Made by a program: the position numbers and the translations under genes. The notes beneath the pieces are model-generated. The model did no database searches, was not told the origin of the DNA, and saw only the letters and a list, made by a program, of their open reading frames with translations. A DNA stretch of 64,000 nucleotides. Origin: Promethearchaeota archaeon. Lineage in GTDB: Archaea > Asgardarchaeota > Lokiarchaeia > Sigyniarchaeales > SOKP01. This document shows, one piece after another, positions 15,001 through 30,000 of the stretch; position 1 is the first letter of the stretch; each line of letters opens with the position of its first letter. Where the stretch lies: NCBI GenBank assembly GCA_048937405.1, contig JBHLNF010000003.1, positions 96,001-160,000 of the forward strand, given 5' to 3'.

Positions 15001-18000
15001 TAGAGCCAAATTCGATGTACAATAATTACGGAGGTGAGCAAGAGCTTTTCATTAGAAATAATTTAAATAATTATAATCTACTTTCAAGTGATACAACAAG
15101 TACAATAAAATCAAGAAATACGGCTTCATTTGGCACCGATCTAAAAACATTTCAAGAAGCAACAGTGACGGATGTTGCATACGCATTGGTAGACCCAGAA
15201 CAATACATTTCTATAGATCTTATAAATCCATCTACAATATATGGGTTAGAATTAACACATCAACTACCCATCATTGATAGGGATGGAACAAGATCTATTC
15301 AGATATCGTTTGATGCAGCAATATACGACAGTGATTACAACTTTGGTAGTAATGGAGAGCTTCCTATTTCTGTACAAATCTATAATTTCTACAGAAGAAG
15401 ATGGGAATCAATACCGATGGGGGTAACATCGGGCGGTTATTACAATTTAGGTGTATTGGATTACGATAGTTTTTGGACGTATCAAGGTCCCGAAGATACA
15501 AGTGCCTTTCAACCAAAATGGGGTACCACAAGCACAGGTGATATCAACATCATATCGTTTGGATTTCCGTTTCCAACAGAACTTGATAGTCAAGGAAGGG
15601 CATGGTTTGATGATTCTATTACGGATCCGTATAGCGGGTCAAGTTTCTTAATGAAGAATTCGGAAAACCATACTATGAATAACTTTGATATGGATGATTA
15701 TCCATTCAAAGGACTGTTTTATGATAGTAACGGGAATTCCCAAAAATACCAATTTGACAACATCAAAATAAATCCTAAAGATTTTTGGACATCTCCAACA
15801 GACTGGTTCCCAGAAGTTGATCCATCAGAAGCATTTGAAAAAGTTACAGAAGAGAATTTTTATAGCCAATTTGTAAACGATGATAATGAAATCAGAGTAA
15901 GGTTAATAACTGATTCAGAATCTTGTGATGGATACTTATGCCTTGGTGATTTTAACACCTATGTTCATACTGATAGTGATTATTTGAACTACGATGATTT
16001 CTCGGCCAATATCTACAATTCTGGACAGTACAGATACTTAAGAAACATTAATGTATTACCAAAAGATCCTCATCTATTTATAGAAGCATCTGATGGTGAT
16101 TTATATGTTGTCGATTTTGTATCACCGAATATGGTGATAAAGTTAGAGGATGAGGGAGAAACCTGGTCAATAGTTGCTAATAGAAATTACGACATTATCT
16201 CAGCATGGTATGATAGATCTTCAGAGGTGATTTACTTTATTGAGTCTAATAGCACTCAATTCAACTGTTGGTATTTAACCCTTGCATCTGATGCAATCAC
16301 AGAAATGGGAACCCATACAGGTACAAATATTGATGTACGGGATGTGTATAAGTCTGGATCCGATATGTTTGTTCTTACAATTGAAGATGACAGCGGTATG
16401 GATAAAGTGCATGTGTTTAAGTGGGTTAGTCCGAACTGGGTCAATCGGGATATAGAAGTATTTCATGATATAGGTTATATGTCTGAGGTAGTATTTCCTG
16501 GCGGAACATTTCCAACATTTATCGTCGAATCGACGGAAAACATGGTAAAAATCTATACCTTTGATGATACAATCCCAGATTTCAGTCTTGTCGCAGATGT
16601 GGGAAGTAATTTGAAATTACCCCCTATAGAAATGAGGGGGATTGCTGATCAGGACGGTGAAGACATATTTCAGTTCGTGATTTCTGATTTAACAGATACC
16701 TATTATAGATATGTGTATGATTCTGGTACCATTACAGAAGAAGAGGAATTTAATATCATACTGATGTTGGATAGAAATGCAGCGCCTGGAAGTCAAGAAA
16801 AAGGCATACATATATCCGACAGCATTGCGTGGCAAACACAATTAAACGGATTTGTCAATAGCACGGGTATATGTACAGATGGAACATCTGTGGCTATATC
16901 TGAAAATTACATCCTTACCGATAGTGGGAATTTATATAAGTTTATCAGTCCGTTCCTTGAAAGCGTGCATGTAAGTGAGAGAATTGATATGACACCTGAC
17001 GGTATTGAACTGTACGGTAGAAGTGGATTTAATTTTAAAGATACACCGACAATGTATAAGTTTCAAGATAACTTATATCAAGGTTCATGGCAATTAGTTG
17101 GCGGCACTGAGAACTTACTTATAGATTCAGGTATATTAGATGGTGATGCATTTGTAAATAGAGATAACAGAAATACGAATTATGGTGATCTATCTTATGT
17201 GCTAATAGATGGAATCAATCGCGGTTTTATACACCGACAATCTAATTATATTATAGGTAGTTATACCAAAAATTCTGAACTACGGGTATTTTATAATGGT
17301 GAATCTCCTCTAAATCATAGGAGTATATCTATTCCTACAAAGACTTTTGTAGAAGATGAGATAACATGGAATAATCAACCACCGCCGTTGACATTCAACC
17401 GAATTTGGAGTGATATAACCGCTGATCCTAATACATTCGTAATAATAGATATGGGAGTTCCGAGCGAAGCATATATGTTAATAAAAAGTTCTGAAAGTTC
17501 TGGAGGATCTTTATTTTTTTCATCAAAAGATAATACAAGAAATCTCCCTATTCTTACTCATTATCTATACAAATTTCACCAGGATGATGGTCGTATTTAC
17601 ATGCAAAGCAATATAGAAGAACAATTAACTATAAGAAGCCCTGTATATAGCAGTAAAACCCAATTGAAACCTGGAAACATACTTTCTATTGATTGTCAAG
17701 GAACTACTCCGAATGGCATGCACTTGAATCTTTATAACGATGGGCAACTTGTCAAGTCATTTGCAGTGGATGATAACTATAATAGAAAGATTATAAACAT
17801 TTTAATCCCTGAACAACTCATTTTCAACCAATTAGAGTTTACGGGAGCCTTTGTGGAAAATTCGATATTTCAAGTATATGATATTTGGGTAGAAGTGAAA
17901 AACGAGTATAGAGAAAATTTAGAATTTAAGGGATATGATCATGAGATTGTAATAGGACAGCATGTAGATTACGGTCCAATTACATGGCCTCAAGCAAATC

Positions 18001-21000
18001 TTTATGAAAGCATGGATAATATATCCTATGGTAAAGTTGATGATGAAAGATACTGGACGATCCGATCTCAGGATATCGATAACAATCAGCACTTACAAGT
18101 GGATATTTTATTTTTCAATACTATAAATCACGAGGAATTGGATCATATTGAAATCAACTTGGAGGGGTATTGTACCTATGCTCAATGGCTTGAGAATGCA
18201 ATATTTTATTTTATGAACTACAGAACTGGTGTTTATGAAGAAATGATCCCTTCAATCAATGGGGATACACTTACTTTCACAATAACAGATGGCAAGAAAT
18301 TAAACAACAGAAATATTTTGATTCGTATTGATATCACATGGCCTAACTCGGATTCTTATTTTGAATTAAATATCGATCGACTGGTCGCTACAACCTATGA
18401 TAAGTGGAAAGCAGATCATGATGTGTACCGTTTAGTGTACACCCTTGAAAGAAGACCAGATGGCTATGATGATGGACAGGTATGTTTCTCAGTAAATGAT
18501 AATGTAGCGATCAACATACTAGATAATCAATTTTCTCCTTCGGGATTCGGATATAAAGATAAAGTGTATTTCTACTATGATTTTTCAACCAACATGTGGA
18601 ATATATACCTCCAAAAAGAAAATCCTCCCCAAATTCAACCGTTATTATCTCTTTATGATCCCAATCCAGTATTTCGCGCAATTCCCAGGATCGAAACATT
18701 ATATTCTGATACAGATCAGGGTATTAAATTATATTCCATAGAATCTCAGTTCTTGAAGCGCATTTCTTCGGAAGAAGATTTCATCAAGTATAAAGCCTTG
18801 GTTGAATCCTATAAGACAGAAGGGTATGTTGATATGTTAAACATTGATTATCAAGACTTTTTATTTACTCCTGAGAATACATTTACGCAGCTCAGTTCTG
18901 ATATTGATATATTTTATAGCTTTAATGATGCAATGAAAGAGCAAAATGTATACAGTTATGAAATGCTACCTTCATTTATGAATGAGGATCAAGCAGATCT
19001 TTTTGATTATGAGTATGATTCCTTTTTAGAGAAAAATTATATAATAAACGGAGATGAGCAGGCATCAATTGAGGGTTGGTATAACGTCTCGGTGGTCAAT
19101 GATTGCAGTTTTCCAGCATATGCTTGGCTACTTCCAAAGAGTACTGTCTCTAATGATGGATTTGAGATTATGGGAGATGAAACTACTATACATGGGGCGC
19201 TAGATGATACAGGAGACGATAATTCTTATTCAGGAGGCGGAACAAAAATTTACGGGTACAATATGGACACATGTGAACTTGGGTTTGGAACAGGTCATGA
19301 TATTCCGACTGATAGTACGGTAACCGCATTAAAGGTAATTATAAAATGGGCTGGTGCTAGTTATGGGACTATTGTGAGATTTAAAAAAGGTGGGTTTATT
19401 TCATCATGGAAAAGTATCTCATATTATACGTGTTGGGAATATAGATGGTCTTTATTATATTGGGATGACTTGAGTTTAACCGATGTTAATAGTATAACAG
19501 TCGAAATTAAAGCTCAAGATTACACGGGTATATTTATAGATGCTTTATTTGTAGATTATGATTTTTCTGTTCCAGTTTCTAATGATGATGAAGAAAAATT
19601 GGGAGGCTTTGGAAGTCCTCCTGATGATAAAACATATACTGTATCACGTGGAAGAGTCGCCTATAGTAATTATGATACAAATTATCAGCATGTAGCTCCT
19701 GATACTCTTTATACCTTTTATTATTTTGATGATCATTATGATGAGACAATTGCACCAGATTGGTGGAAGGCAACTGGGGATCAAAAAACCGCCTATTTTT
19801 GGGCGCGTAGTTACGGGAAAGATGTTGGTGATCCTGGAGGAGTGCATATGGAAGTTATCCAAGAATTTAGATATTACACTGATTGGACAAGTGGAGATCC
19901 TCTTCCAGATGAAATCGATATAAATTTGAATATGAGGGCTTGGGGTTCTTCTGGATCTGATGATGATAGTCATCATCCTTCCTATCATTATACCAATATA
20001 GAAATTTATAATTACAGGTTAAGTGAATGGCAACATTTCAAAAACGTTCCTCTAAGTTCTAGCTCTGGACCTTTCTCGTGGATCAATATCAATATAAAAC
20101 CCTATACTGTGTATGGTGGATATGATGCATATTTGTATCGTCCTGAAGATTATTTAACATCGAGTGGAGAATTTAAATTTCGCATATACTCCAAGTCACA
20201 TTCATGGGGTCTATATAGGACTAGTACAAATGGGGTAGAGTTAGACTATTTATCTGTAAAGGTGTCTTATCTTCCGAAATCGGAGATACATTTCACATTT
20301 AATGATCCAGATATTACAGACGGGGCAAACGATTTCATTCTTTTATTTGAAGGAAAGACTACCCAAGGAACATATAGTGGAGTAGATCCTTGGACAGCAC
20401 AATTACACATCGGTGATAGAGTAGTATCATTTGGTAACCAAGAGGTCACGATACTTGAAGAAGACTCTTTCTTAGTAAGAAACGTAGATGATGTCTATAT
20501 TACTTTTGCTGCTGATAAACGAATAGGGGAACCTGACCGTACGATAATTCTCGATCAGTTACAGTTGTTTTTACTCAACGAGACGCGAATAAAAGTTCAA
20601 AATGATTATGAGATATTTACAGGACCGCACCTTTCTCACAGTAATATGGAATTAGTTGGCGGTAATTGGGGCAATGAACCGTTCCTCGGCAATAATACGA
20701 TACATTATACCGCCCATAAATCACTGAAAACTCCCGTATTCGGAAGATCAGATGATGATGTGTATGTAAATCTCGAGCTCGAGGATTTGAAGTTTCAGTT
20801 TGAGGTGTTCCCACCAGAGGAATATCCGAATTTTCCAACAAATGAACCCAATGTTGAAGGAAATTATGATGACTATGATATATATTCACTGGATTATGAA
20901 ACAAGTAGGTTCAAGAACACGGCATTGGATGATATTCAAATCCCATTGATATCTCCTTTTGAACTGAATATAGGAAATTTAGATATAACGGATATTTATA

Positions 21001-24000
21001 ATCTAGAACTTAAGTTGGCGCTTGATGTAGATATCGAACTTGAAAACCGCGCATATGATAGCATCTGGAGTTGGAGATGTAGATTAGTAATGTATAATTA
21101 TACTTCTGGCAAGTGGCAGGATATCGATGCTGTAATCAGGGCGAGACATCTTTTTGAAGACAGGGATGTGTGGTCTCCAGAAGATTTTTCTGATCATCCC
21201 CTTGCCTATATTCAAAATACAACGCAAAATAGATTTTTACCAATAAAAAACTCAAATGACATAGAACTGAAAAATCCATTCAGATTGTTAAATCTGAATT
21301 CAGATGTGATACAAGACGGTATTATGAAGCTTGCATTTATTTCGTACATACTTCCTGGTGATTTGTGTATCGATTCATGGGGATACTTCAGGTATGAACG
21401 CAGCGATCCGAACATTCCTATTAGGGTTTCTCAATCATTAGATATAATGGATTGTATATTCATGTGGGATACAAAAGAAACACTGTACGCAGAAACTTCT
21501 GTAGTGACATCTTTAGATACCTACAACAATAGAGTAAACCTAAGTGAAATAAGTAATCTAGGAGAAATCTTAACATTAACGGGAGTAGTATATCAAGACG
21601 GATCGATACAACGATATCCAATTTTTGATTATATTATAAATGATGATAATGAACTTCGATTTATTTCTTCTTTCATTAAAGAAGAATTGATAAACGAAAT
21701 AGAAGTAGAATATGTTCCTGATGTAGTACTTATACATAATCCTTCTGGTCTTCCGCAGTATGATGGAATGTGGTATATGCCGAATTCTTCTCTTGTCGGT
21801 GCTTATAATTTCAGTTCCCCATTTTTCGTAAGCGAGTTATGGGTCAATACTACATTATACAATACATGGATGGGTACTGAAGATGTAGGATATGTTGTGG
21901 ATTCCAATGACTACGGTATGTATGTTAAATTTGATAATGATCCTCATCCTGATTCCAATGTACACGGATCTATAAGATATGAAAATATCAATGAAACCTC
22001 ACTAGTTTCAACTTTTACGGCAGGAGATGAATTATTGTATAAGTATGATGTGTTGGAAAGTGATCAGGAGATCATTGATGGTATATTGCATGTAAATATG
22101 AAAAGCGGTCTTGATGCTCTCTATTTAGATAGAAAAGTGCTTTCTGAAAGTTATGAACTTGTATTTCATCTATGGTGTATTGATAGCATGGGAAACAGGG
22201 ATTTTATTACGGTGTTTTCACATGATATAAATAAATATGACTTAGGAGTTCAAGATCGGGTTCTTGACATCACTATAGGAGATCTTAATTTATCACCAAC
22301 AGAATTGGCATTATTGAGCAAGTCATTAACAGAAGGGTATGATTTAATTGTTGAGGTAAATTCTACTATGGCTGGATGCGAAGTCATAGGAGCCACTTTT
22401 CAAGGGAATTATATTCAGGAGTTAACAGATGTAGATTTTAAAGTGAAAGCTCATGAAGCCGAACTGCATATCAATAATACGGTTGTAGAAGTTCCATATG
22501 TTGAAGAGTATCATAATAATGCGATGTTAACAAAAGTTGCGCCATCTGTTTTCATGTTTGATGCACTCAGGTATGATACTGAGTTTTACATTACGGATCT
22601 ACGTACGGATTCAGAATCGATTCCAGAAGATGAGTATATACTCAATATAGATCAAAATATAATTATATTACTCGGGGTTGATTGGAGTGATTATTCTGGA
22701 TTGCTTTTTGCTGATGTGGTATATAAATTATTTGAATGGCACGACGGTTCTGTAATAACACTGGAACCCATTACGTTAACCTTTCAAGGTGATTTCATTA
22801 ACAATATTGTGGATAATTTGTGGCTCGGTATTGAGTTTGACCCAAACTGGATACCAGGATATGAGATAACACAAATAAACGAGCAATCTGGTAAACGAGT
22901 TATCACTGCCAAAGAGAACGGAGCCGAATACATCGAATTTTACTTCTATAATTATATAGATGAAGTATGGGAAAACACTAAATTCGTTACTTATGATGGT
23001 ACATCATTTAATCAATTTGAATATGTTATTGATAGGAACTTTATCTTATTTGAGAAGTTCTTCAACCGTACAGATGTCCAAAACGAATTTGAAATGCAAA
23101 TGATGATAGGCCTTGATGAAGATCTTAATCAGTACCAATACATTTCTTCAACAACAAGATTTAAAATAAATGATATACAAACAATGATTTTCTACTCTCC
23201 ATCAAATGAAGGCCGAGTTGTAAGTCCAGAAGTACACTTTGATGTTGATTTAACTGAATATTTTGATAAGAATATAGACATCGATGAAATTGAACTTTCA
23301 TTAGAATATTTCAGTGAGTTAAATATGAACCAAACGATGATTTTTGCTGAACATGCATTGATTGAGGAAGGATATCGCTTTTACATCCAAAATGAGTATT
23401 TAGAATTTGAGGAATTTATATTAGATGATAATAAAGTACGCATATCCAAAGAAGTGTTAGATGCTAACTTGTTCTATGATATTAACGCTCAGAAGTATTT
23501 ACTACGGTGTAAATTGGAATATTTCTGGGATTGTTTCTTCATCATTAATTTTGCAACAGGTAATAAACTGGAAGTCGTTGCTGAATTGACATTAGATAAA
23601 TATGATCTTAGTGTATTTTACACGAAGTATGAGACGACAAGGATATCAGCAGATGAGTATGATATACCCTTTGATATGGCCGCTATTGATGCACCGAATT
23701 ATATTGAAAATGTTGTTGAAGGACATTATCCAGCGACCTACAGTTTTGAAAATGAAGTTGGCGAAACTGATACAAATATTGAGTGGATCGATGATGTTTA
23801 TTCTGGAGCTCATGCAGAAATAATTAATAGTCATCAAGGTCATAATGCAGTTTTGGAATTTAATGTCGATGCTGGTTATCAATATGCAAAAATAAACGAT
23901 TTAAACCTAGATCAAGATTCTGGAACAGTTGAATTTTGGCATCTCTATGACACAGAGACCTTTCAATGGCAATTTAGAGACTTTAGTGGCAATTATTTAT

Positions 24001-27000
24001 TCCAGATTAGAATTACTCCTACCCATATTACATTCTACTATGACGGAACTACTTCATATATTATTGATACTACCACCGAATGGGTACATATCAGAAGTGA
24101 CTTTGATTGCGCGAGTGATTCAGTAAGTTTTTATGTAAATGATTTTCTTATTGTTGACAATCAACCACTGGATAATAATAATTCATTAAATCAGGTGATT
24201 ATTCAAACTAATTCTAATTCAGCAAGCCGATGTTATGTTGACGCAATAGGTTATTCTTGGGATATCAATTATATAATTAATGATAATAAACATGAAGATA
24301 CAAAAGTAGCAAAACTTCTTGCAAATGATCAAGAAATTGATATAGGAGTGCTTGGTGGATTTCTTAGGAATATTGATTCACGACAGAGATTAATGTTAAG
24401 GCAAAAACTCTTCTATAATTTTACAGAAAGTGAACTTGACAGTTTTCAAATATTATTGGATCAAAAATATTCAGATGTACAACTAAGATTCATGAATCCA
24501 ATTGGTTGGTTAGAATACCCTATTAATGATCGATTTGGTAAATATAGCACCTCTATTTCAGTTCCGATCTATCCTGATGATTTTAATTTAATTAACGGAT
24601 TATTAACGAGGCAAGGAAGTCTTTTGGGTATCAATAACGATTATCATACAATTGTATCAGAATTATTACGAACCGAGTATCTAAAATTAAGCGAAATGCC
24701 AATAGCAGGTGACTTTAATATCACTTTGAACTGGGGAGATCTTGAGTATATTAATGGGGATTTTGCATCATTTGCTTCCGAAATTTCAGGTTCGTATTAT
24801 AGCAGTGATTATAAAATTCCTAACCAAGTACAATTCTCATTTACTGAAGGTGTGTGGAACTACTATGATAAAGGAGCTCTCAACTATGATGATAATCAGA
24901 ACTCAATGATTACCGCAACATCAAGTAATAGTAGTTCAGAATACGAAATTCCAGTATACGGACATTATCCTGCTACCTATAGTTTCGAAAATGAGATACC
25001 AGAAACTTCGGGAACAGATATAGGTTTTGTAGATCAATCGAGTGGAAATGTAGAGATTATCGATAATTTTAACAATCATTATCATGTTATTGAAGTAAAT
25101 GATACTGACTCATCTGGACATTATTTCAGACATAATATTCCGACAGCGCTATCTGAAGGGTCTATAGAATTTTGGATATGCGCATCCGATGTTACTCAAG
25201 AAGTAGAGATCAAACTTATGAATACAATCACAACAACTGTTTGTAGAATTCATATTTTAGCTGATAAATTTCAAGCATTTTATAATTCTCAATGGAATGA
25301 TCTAACCACCATTCCTTATGATAACACATGGTATCATATAAGAATAGATTGGGAGCAAATTAATAATAAATTTTCTGTTTTTATAGATGGTGTAGAGGAG
25401 GTTTCATATAAAACAGTTGAGGATAACGGTAATGTGAAATCATTCCAAATGATGAGTCAAACCACAGATCAAAACTATTTAATATATTTTGATGCATACG
25501 GATGCCCTGAAGAAGATTTAAGCTACACTCTCGGCGATAATAAAAAGGAAAGCGGTAACTTTAATGTAATTACAGGAAATCTCATCTATGGTGATCTTGC
25601 CGATATAGATAGCCAGGTATCAACTATATCAGTTACAGATCCAGGTCTTCCAATGATACAAGGGTGGGATTATGTACGAGATATTACATTAAGTCCACCA
25701 ACCCCAGAAGATAACTATCAGGTAAAGGTGCAATTAGATAGCTCAAACTTTGATTATTCTAAAGTAAAATCAGGTGGTTCTGATTTACGATTTTATGCTA
25801 GTGGCGTATTGTTGAATTATTGGATAGAGTCATGGGATATAACAGGATATTCTCTTATATGGGTAAATGTCCCAGATGCAGGAACGTCTGTGATTAACAT
25901 GTATTACGGAAATTCTGCAGCAGTGGCAATGAGCAACGGGTCGGCGACATTTCCTTTTTTTGATGATTTTGAAGGAACAAGTTATGATAACAATATATGG
26001 TATGAAGTATATGATACTACTGGAGAAATTAAGGAAAGATATGTAAATGTATCTGATAGTATAGCTGAATTATATATAGAACTTGACCCAGATGATTGGG
26101 GTGGACAATATACTCCAGAGATGCGGTGGGAAAGAAGTGCTGTTGGATGGCTTGATTTCTGGTCAACAGGGGGGACTTATGGAAATAGGTATCCGAATAG
26201 TCTTTGTTTCCTTGAAGACGATACCATGACAAGGAGGGATGGTGGAGAGATTGAAACAACTAGCAATGTTGCAGCTTCTGAATGGGTTTGGACTATTAAA
26301 GAGGTTGTTTGGATCAATTCTTCATCAGTCAAGTTTTATGAAAATGATACTTTTCTATCAGAGCACACAAATTCTAACGCTATACCAATTTCTGAAACAG
26401 TACCGATACAATTTTATCTCGGCTGTGGATCCTATCCAAACGGTTGGGATCATATGCTAGGTTTAGAGTCTATTGATAACACTCTCGGTGCTGAAGGTAG
26501 AGCTCTAAGAAGTTTTACTTTAAATGAGTGGAATGAAGCTACTGATGACGATATTCTCATATGTCTAATTGATTGGGTCTTTATTTATAATATTAATGAA
26601 ACGGAGTCAGTCGCTAGCATAGGATCTGAGTCCTTACAGGAATATTCTGTAAATGCAGAAATTGAGTGGTCTGTTGATGATCTAAATCTTATATCAATGG
26701 ATTATTTAAGTTTTGAATATGATGATATTCCAGAGGGGTGGAATTATTTAGGGACTCATTTTGATGTACAGGCTCAAGATGGGCGTCCAATGGGAATTAC
26801 CTGGGATGGTACACATTTTTGGGTTGTTGGAGATGGTAATAGTGAAGTTTATCAATACACAACTGCGGGAGTGTATTCCGGTACTCATTTTGATGTAGGA
26901 AGTCAAGCTAATTACCCAGTTGGAATCACTTGGGACGGAACATATTTCTGGATTGTATGTACATCAAATGATGAAGTCTATCAATACACAGCTGCGGGAG

Positions 27001-30000
27001 TGTATACTGGTACTCATTTTGATGTAGCAGGTCAAGATACGAGTTTAGGTGATATTATATGGGATGGAACTTATTTATGGGTTTTAGGATTTGTTAACCA
27101 AGAAGTATATCAATATACGACCGCAGGGGTGTATACCGGAGTTCATTTTGATGTTACAGGTGATAGTGGAATCACATGGGACGGTATCAATTTCTGGGTC
27201 CTTTCAGATAGTAATGATGAAGTTTATCAATATACAGCTACGGGAGTGTATACTGGTGTTCATTTTGATGTAGGAAGTCAAGGAAATCAGATAATAGGTA
27301 TTACATGGGATGGAGGAAATTTATGGGTTATGCATGGAGAAGGACCAGGAGGAGGTAATCCAGAAGTTTACAAATATATATTCTTTGAATTTAATTTTGA
27401 TATATGGAATTATAATGCTGAAGACTGGCAGGATATTTCAAATGAAACTAGTCCATTTGCACTGACTACCGATCATTATAATAGCAGCAATACTTTAAAG
27501 GTTCGTTATATAGCTTATTCTGGTAGTCCTTTTAATATCACCATTGACCAATTACACATTGATTATACACAAGCTACTGATTATATGGTTGATGCGGTAG
27601 CAGAAATAACCATTCAGGATGATGTGATGTATGAATATCAACAAACAAGTGCTAAACAACCAGCAAATACACACTTATGGTGGGAACTTGGTGATGGTGT
27701 ATTTTATCTTGTAGATTCAACCGATCAGTCCAAATTGTATGTGACATTGGATGAAGGGAAGACCTGGGCTCAGGTAGATGTCGATCCTTCGGATACTTCA
27801 GGAGATAGTAAATCGCGAGATCATAAGATTCATTCTGCTTGGCATGATAGAATAAATAAGATTATCTGGTTTTTGGATTGTGATAATGGTGGTACTGCTG
27901 ATAATTTTGATGTTTGGAAATTAGATTATACAGTAAGTAAAACGAGTCCAACTGTAACGGAAGTAGGGACTTCAAGTGGGGCAGATGCAAATAGTGTGTA
28001 TGCTTATGATATTTTTATGATTGGTAGTAATGTGTTTGTTATAAATTTGGAAGAACGTTCTTATACTCAAACTATGGTAATTTGGGACGTAGATACTGCT
28101 CCTTTTACTGAGAAAGATACAGATACAAGCGAAGGTGTAAATAGAAACACATATATGTTTGGTGCAGTCGTAGGAAACATTTATTATAATTGCTTCGAAG
28201 TCGATAGTTTTAAAGTATTTGAATATAATGACTCTGCAACCACAATCTCATGGACATCAGAAGCATTATATACTCCCCCTTCTAACAGTAATTTAAAAGC
28301 AATGACGTATGATGGTTCAGATGTAATTTATATGATTGGAGATAGATGGGTGGTTGATCGATATGTAAACTATTTACTTTCTTATTCAATTTCAGGAGGT
28401 TCATGGACGGTAGGAGGAGAAGAAACTAATGTTGCATTAATGCTTAATAGAAATGCAGAAGGGTGTGCAAAAGCATATCATCTCGAAAATGGAACTATAT
28501 ATTATATCACCACAAACGGTCTTGAAGTAATGTATGACGGTAGTTCTTATTTTGATGATGATGTTATCGCAATTACTGATACTTATATTATGACTGATAG
28601 TGATATTATTTACAAACTTATCGGGCAAAATGATATAAATATTGAATCTGTAGACTATCTATTTTTTGACCATATTGCATCTGTAGGCACCAGCTTTTTT
28701 GTTTGGAATTATACTGCAGGTTCATGGCAAAATATTTCCAGTGAGTCAAGTCCTTATTCTCTTAAAACCGATCATTATGATGGAAATTACACTATACTTG
28801 TGCGATATCTCACAGGAGTATCTATCAGTTCATTTGATTTGGATATTGATCAATTAAAAGTAAATTACACGAAACTCGCTAATCTCTATGATGTACATGC
28901 TGAGGTGGTGTGGGATATTACGGAAGTTATTCAATCAGTGGAATATTTGATGTACTCGCATAAAACTTCAAGGGATGTAAACTGTACAATGGAAATTTGG
29001 GACTTTACCTCTCAGGAATGGGATCTGGTAAACAGCTCTATCAACTCTATTGGATTTTTCAACACATCCTTTGATTTGAGCGATCCTCGATACCGTAATG
29101 CAACCAATCATGTGAAAATTCGGTATACAACTAAGGGGCTTCCTACAGAATTTAATCTTCTCATTGATAGATTGCGGGTGGATTACACCTCAATAGATGA
29201 GATTTATGGTATTGATGTTGAAGTTACATGGAATGTCTCAGATGAACTTTTCTATTCATTAGATTTCTTGAAATATTCCTATAGAACTAATGAGTCAATT
29301 GATGTAGATCTTGATATTTATAACTACACCTCGCAATCATGGGTAGGTATAGAAAGTGTAATAAACTCAGAGGTATTTAATGATGAATCATTTACGCTCA
29401 ATAACGATTTCTACAATGAAACTAATCATGTGAAGGTAAGATTCCAGACAGCTGAATCTATTGACCAACCGTTTGAATTACTCATTGATCGATTACGCAC
29501 TGATTACACGAAATACAATGAGTGGAGTAGTTACATTTCTGATACTCAATACTTCTCCTTTATTGGTGATAACGAAGTTACGAATGTATCAATGTATTTC
29601 ATTAATATTACTCAGGAAAAAGAGTTTATTGGAGACATGGTACAAAATTTTGTAAATCCAACGCGGTTTGAATATACATGGACAAACATCCAACAAGCAA
29701 CAGGCGCTCAAGATGGTGATTTTGTGGATGTAATATTTGAAGTAACCGATATATTTGACAATACTAATGATATTCAATATCAATTCATTGTTGATTTCAC
29801 TGAGCCAATACCTGTCATGACTATTGGAAACGGCACACAAAGTTTTGAGGGAAATGAACAGGCTACAGTGTTAACAGAGATAAATTTCGATAGCGACGAA
29901 ATTACAGAAAGCGGAGTGTATTACGCTACTTATGATTTCAGAGATGAAAATGTTGAAACCAGCGGTGTTAGTATAGGTTATGTAGATTCTATTAGCGGCA

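Noticed and set aside
26735-27385. Possible CRISPR array
   Set aside because: The periods (129 and 117 bp) are multiples of 3, the units encode protein repeats, and there are no unique spacers or cas genes
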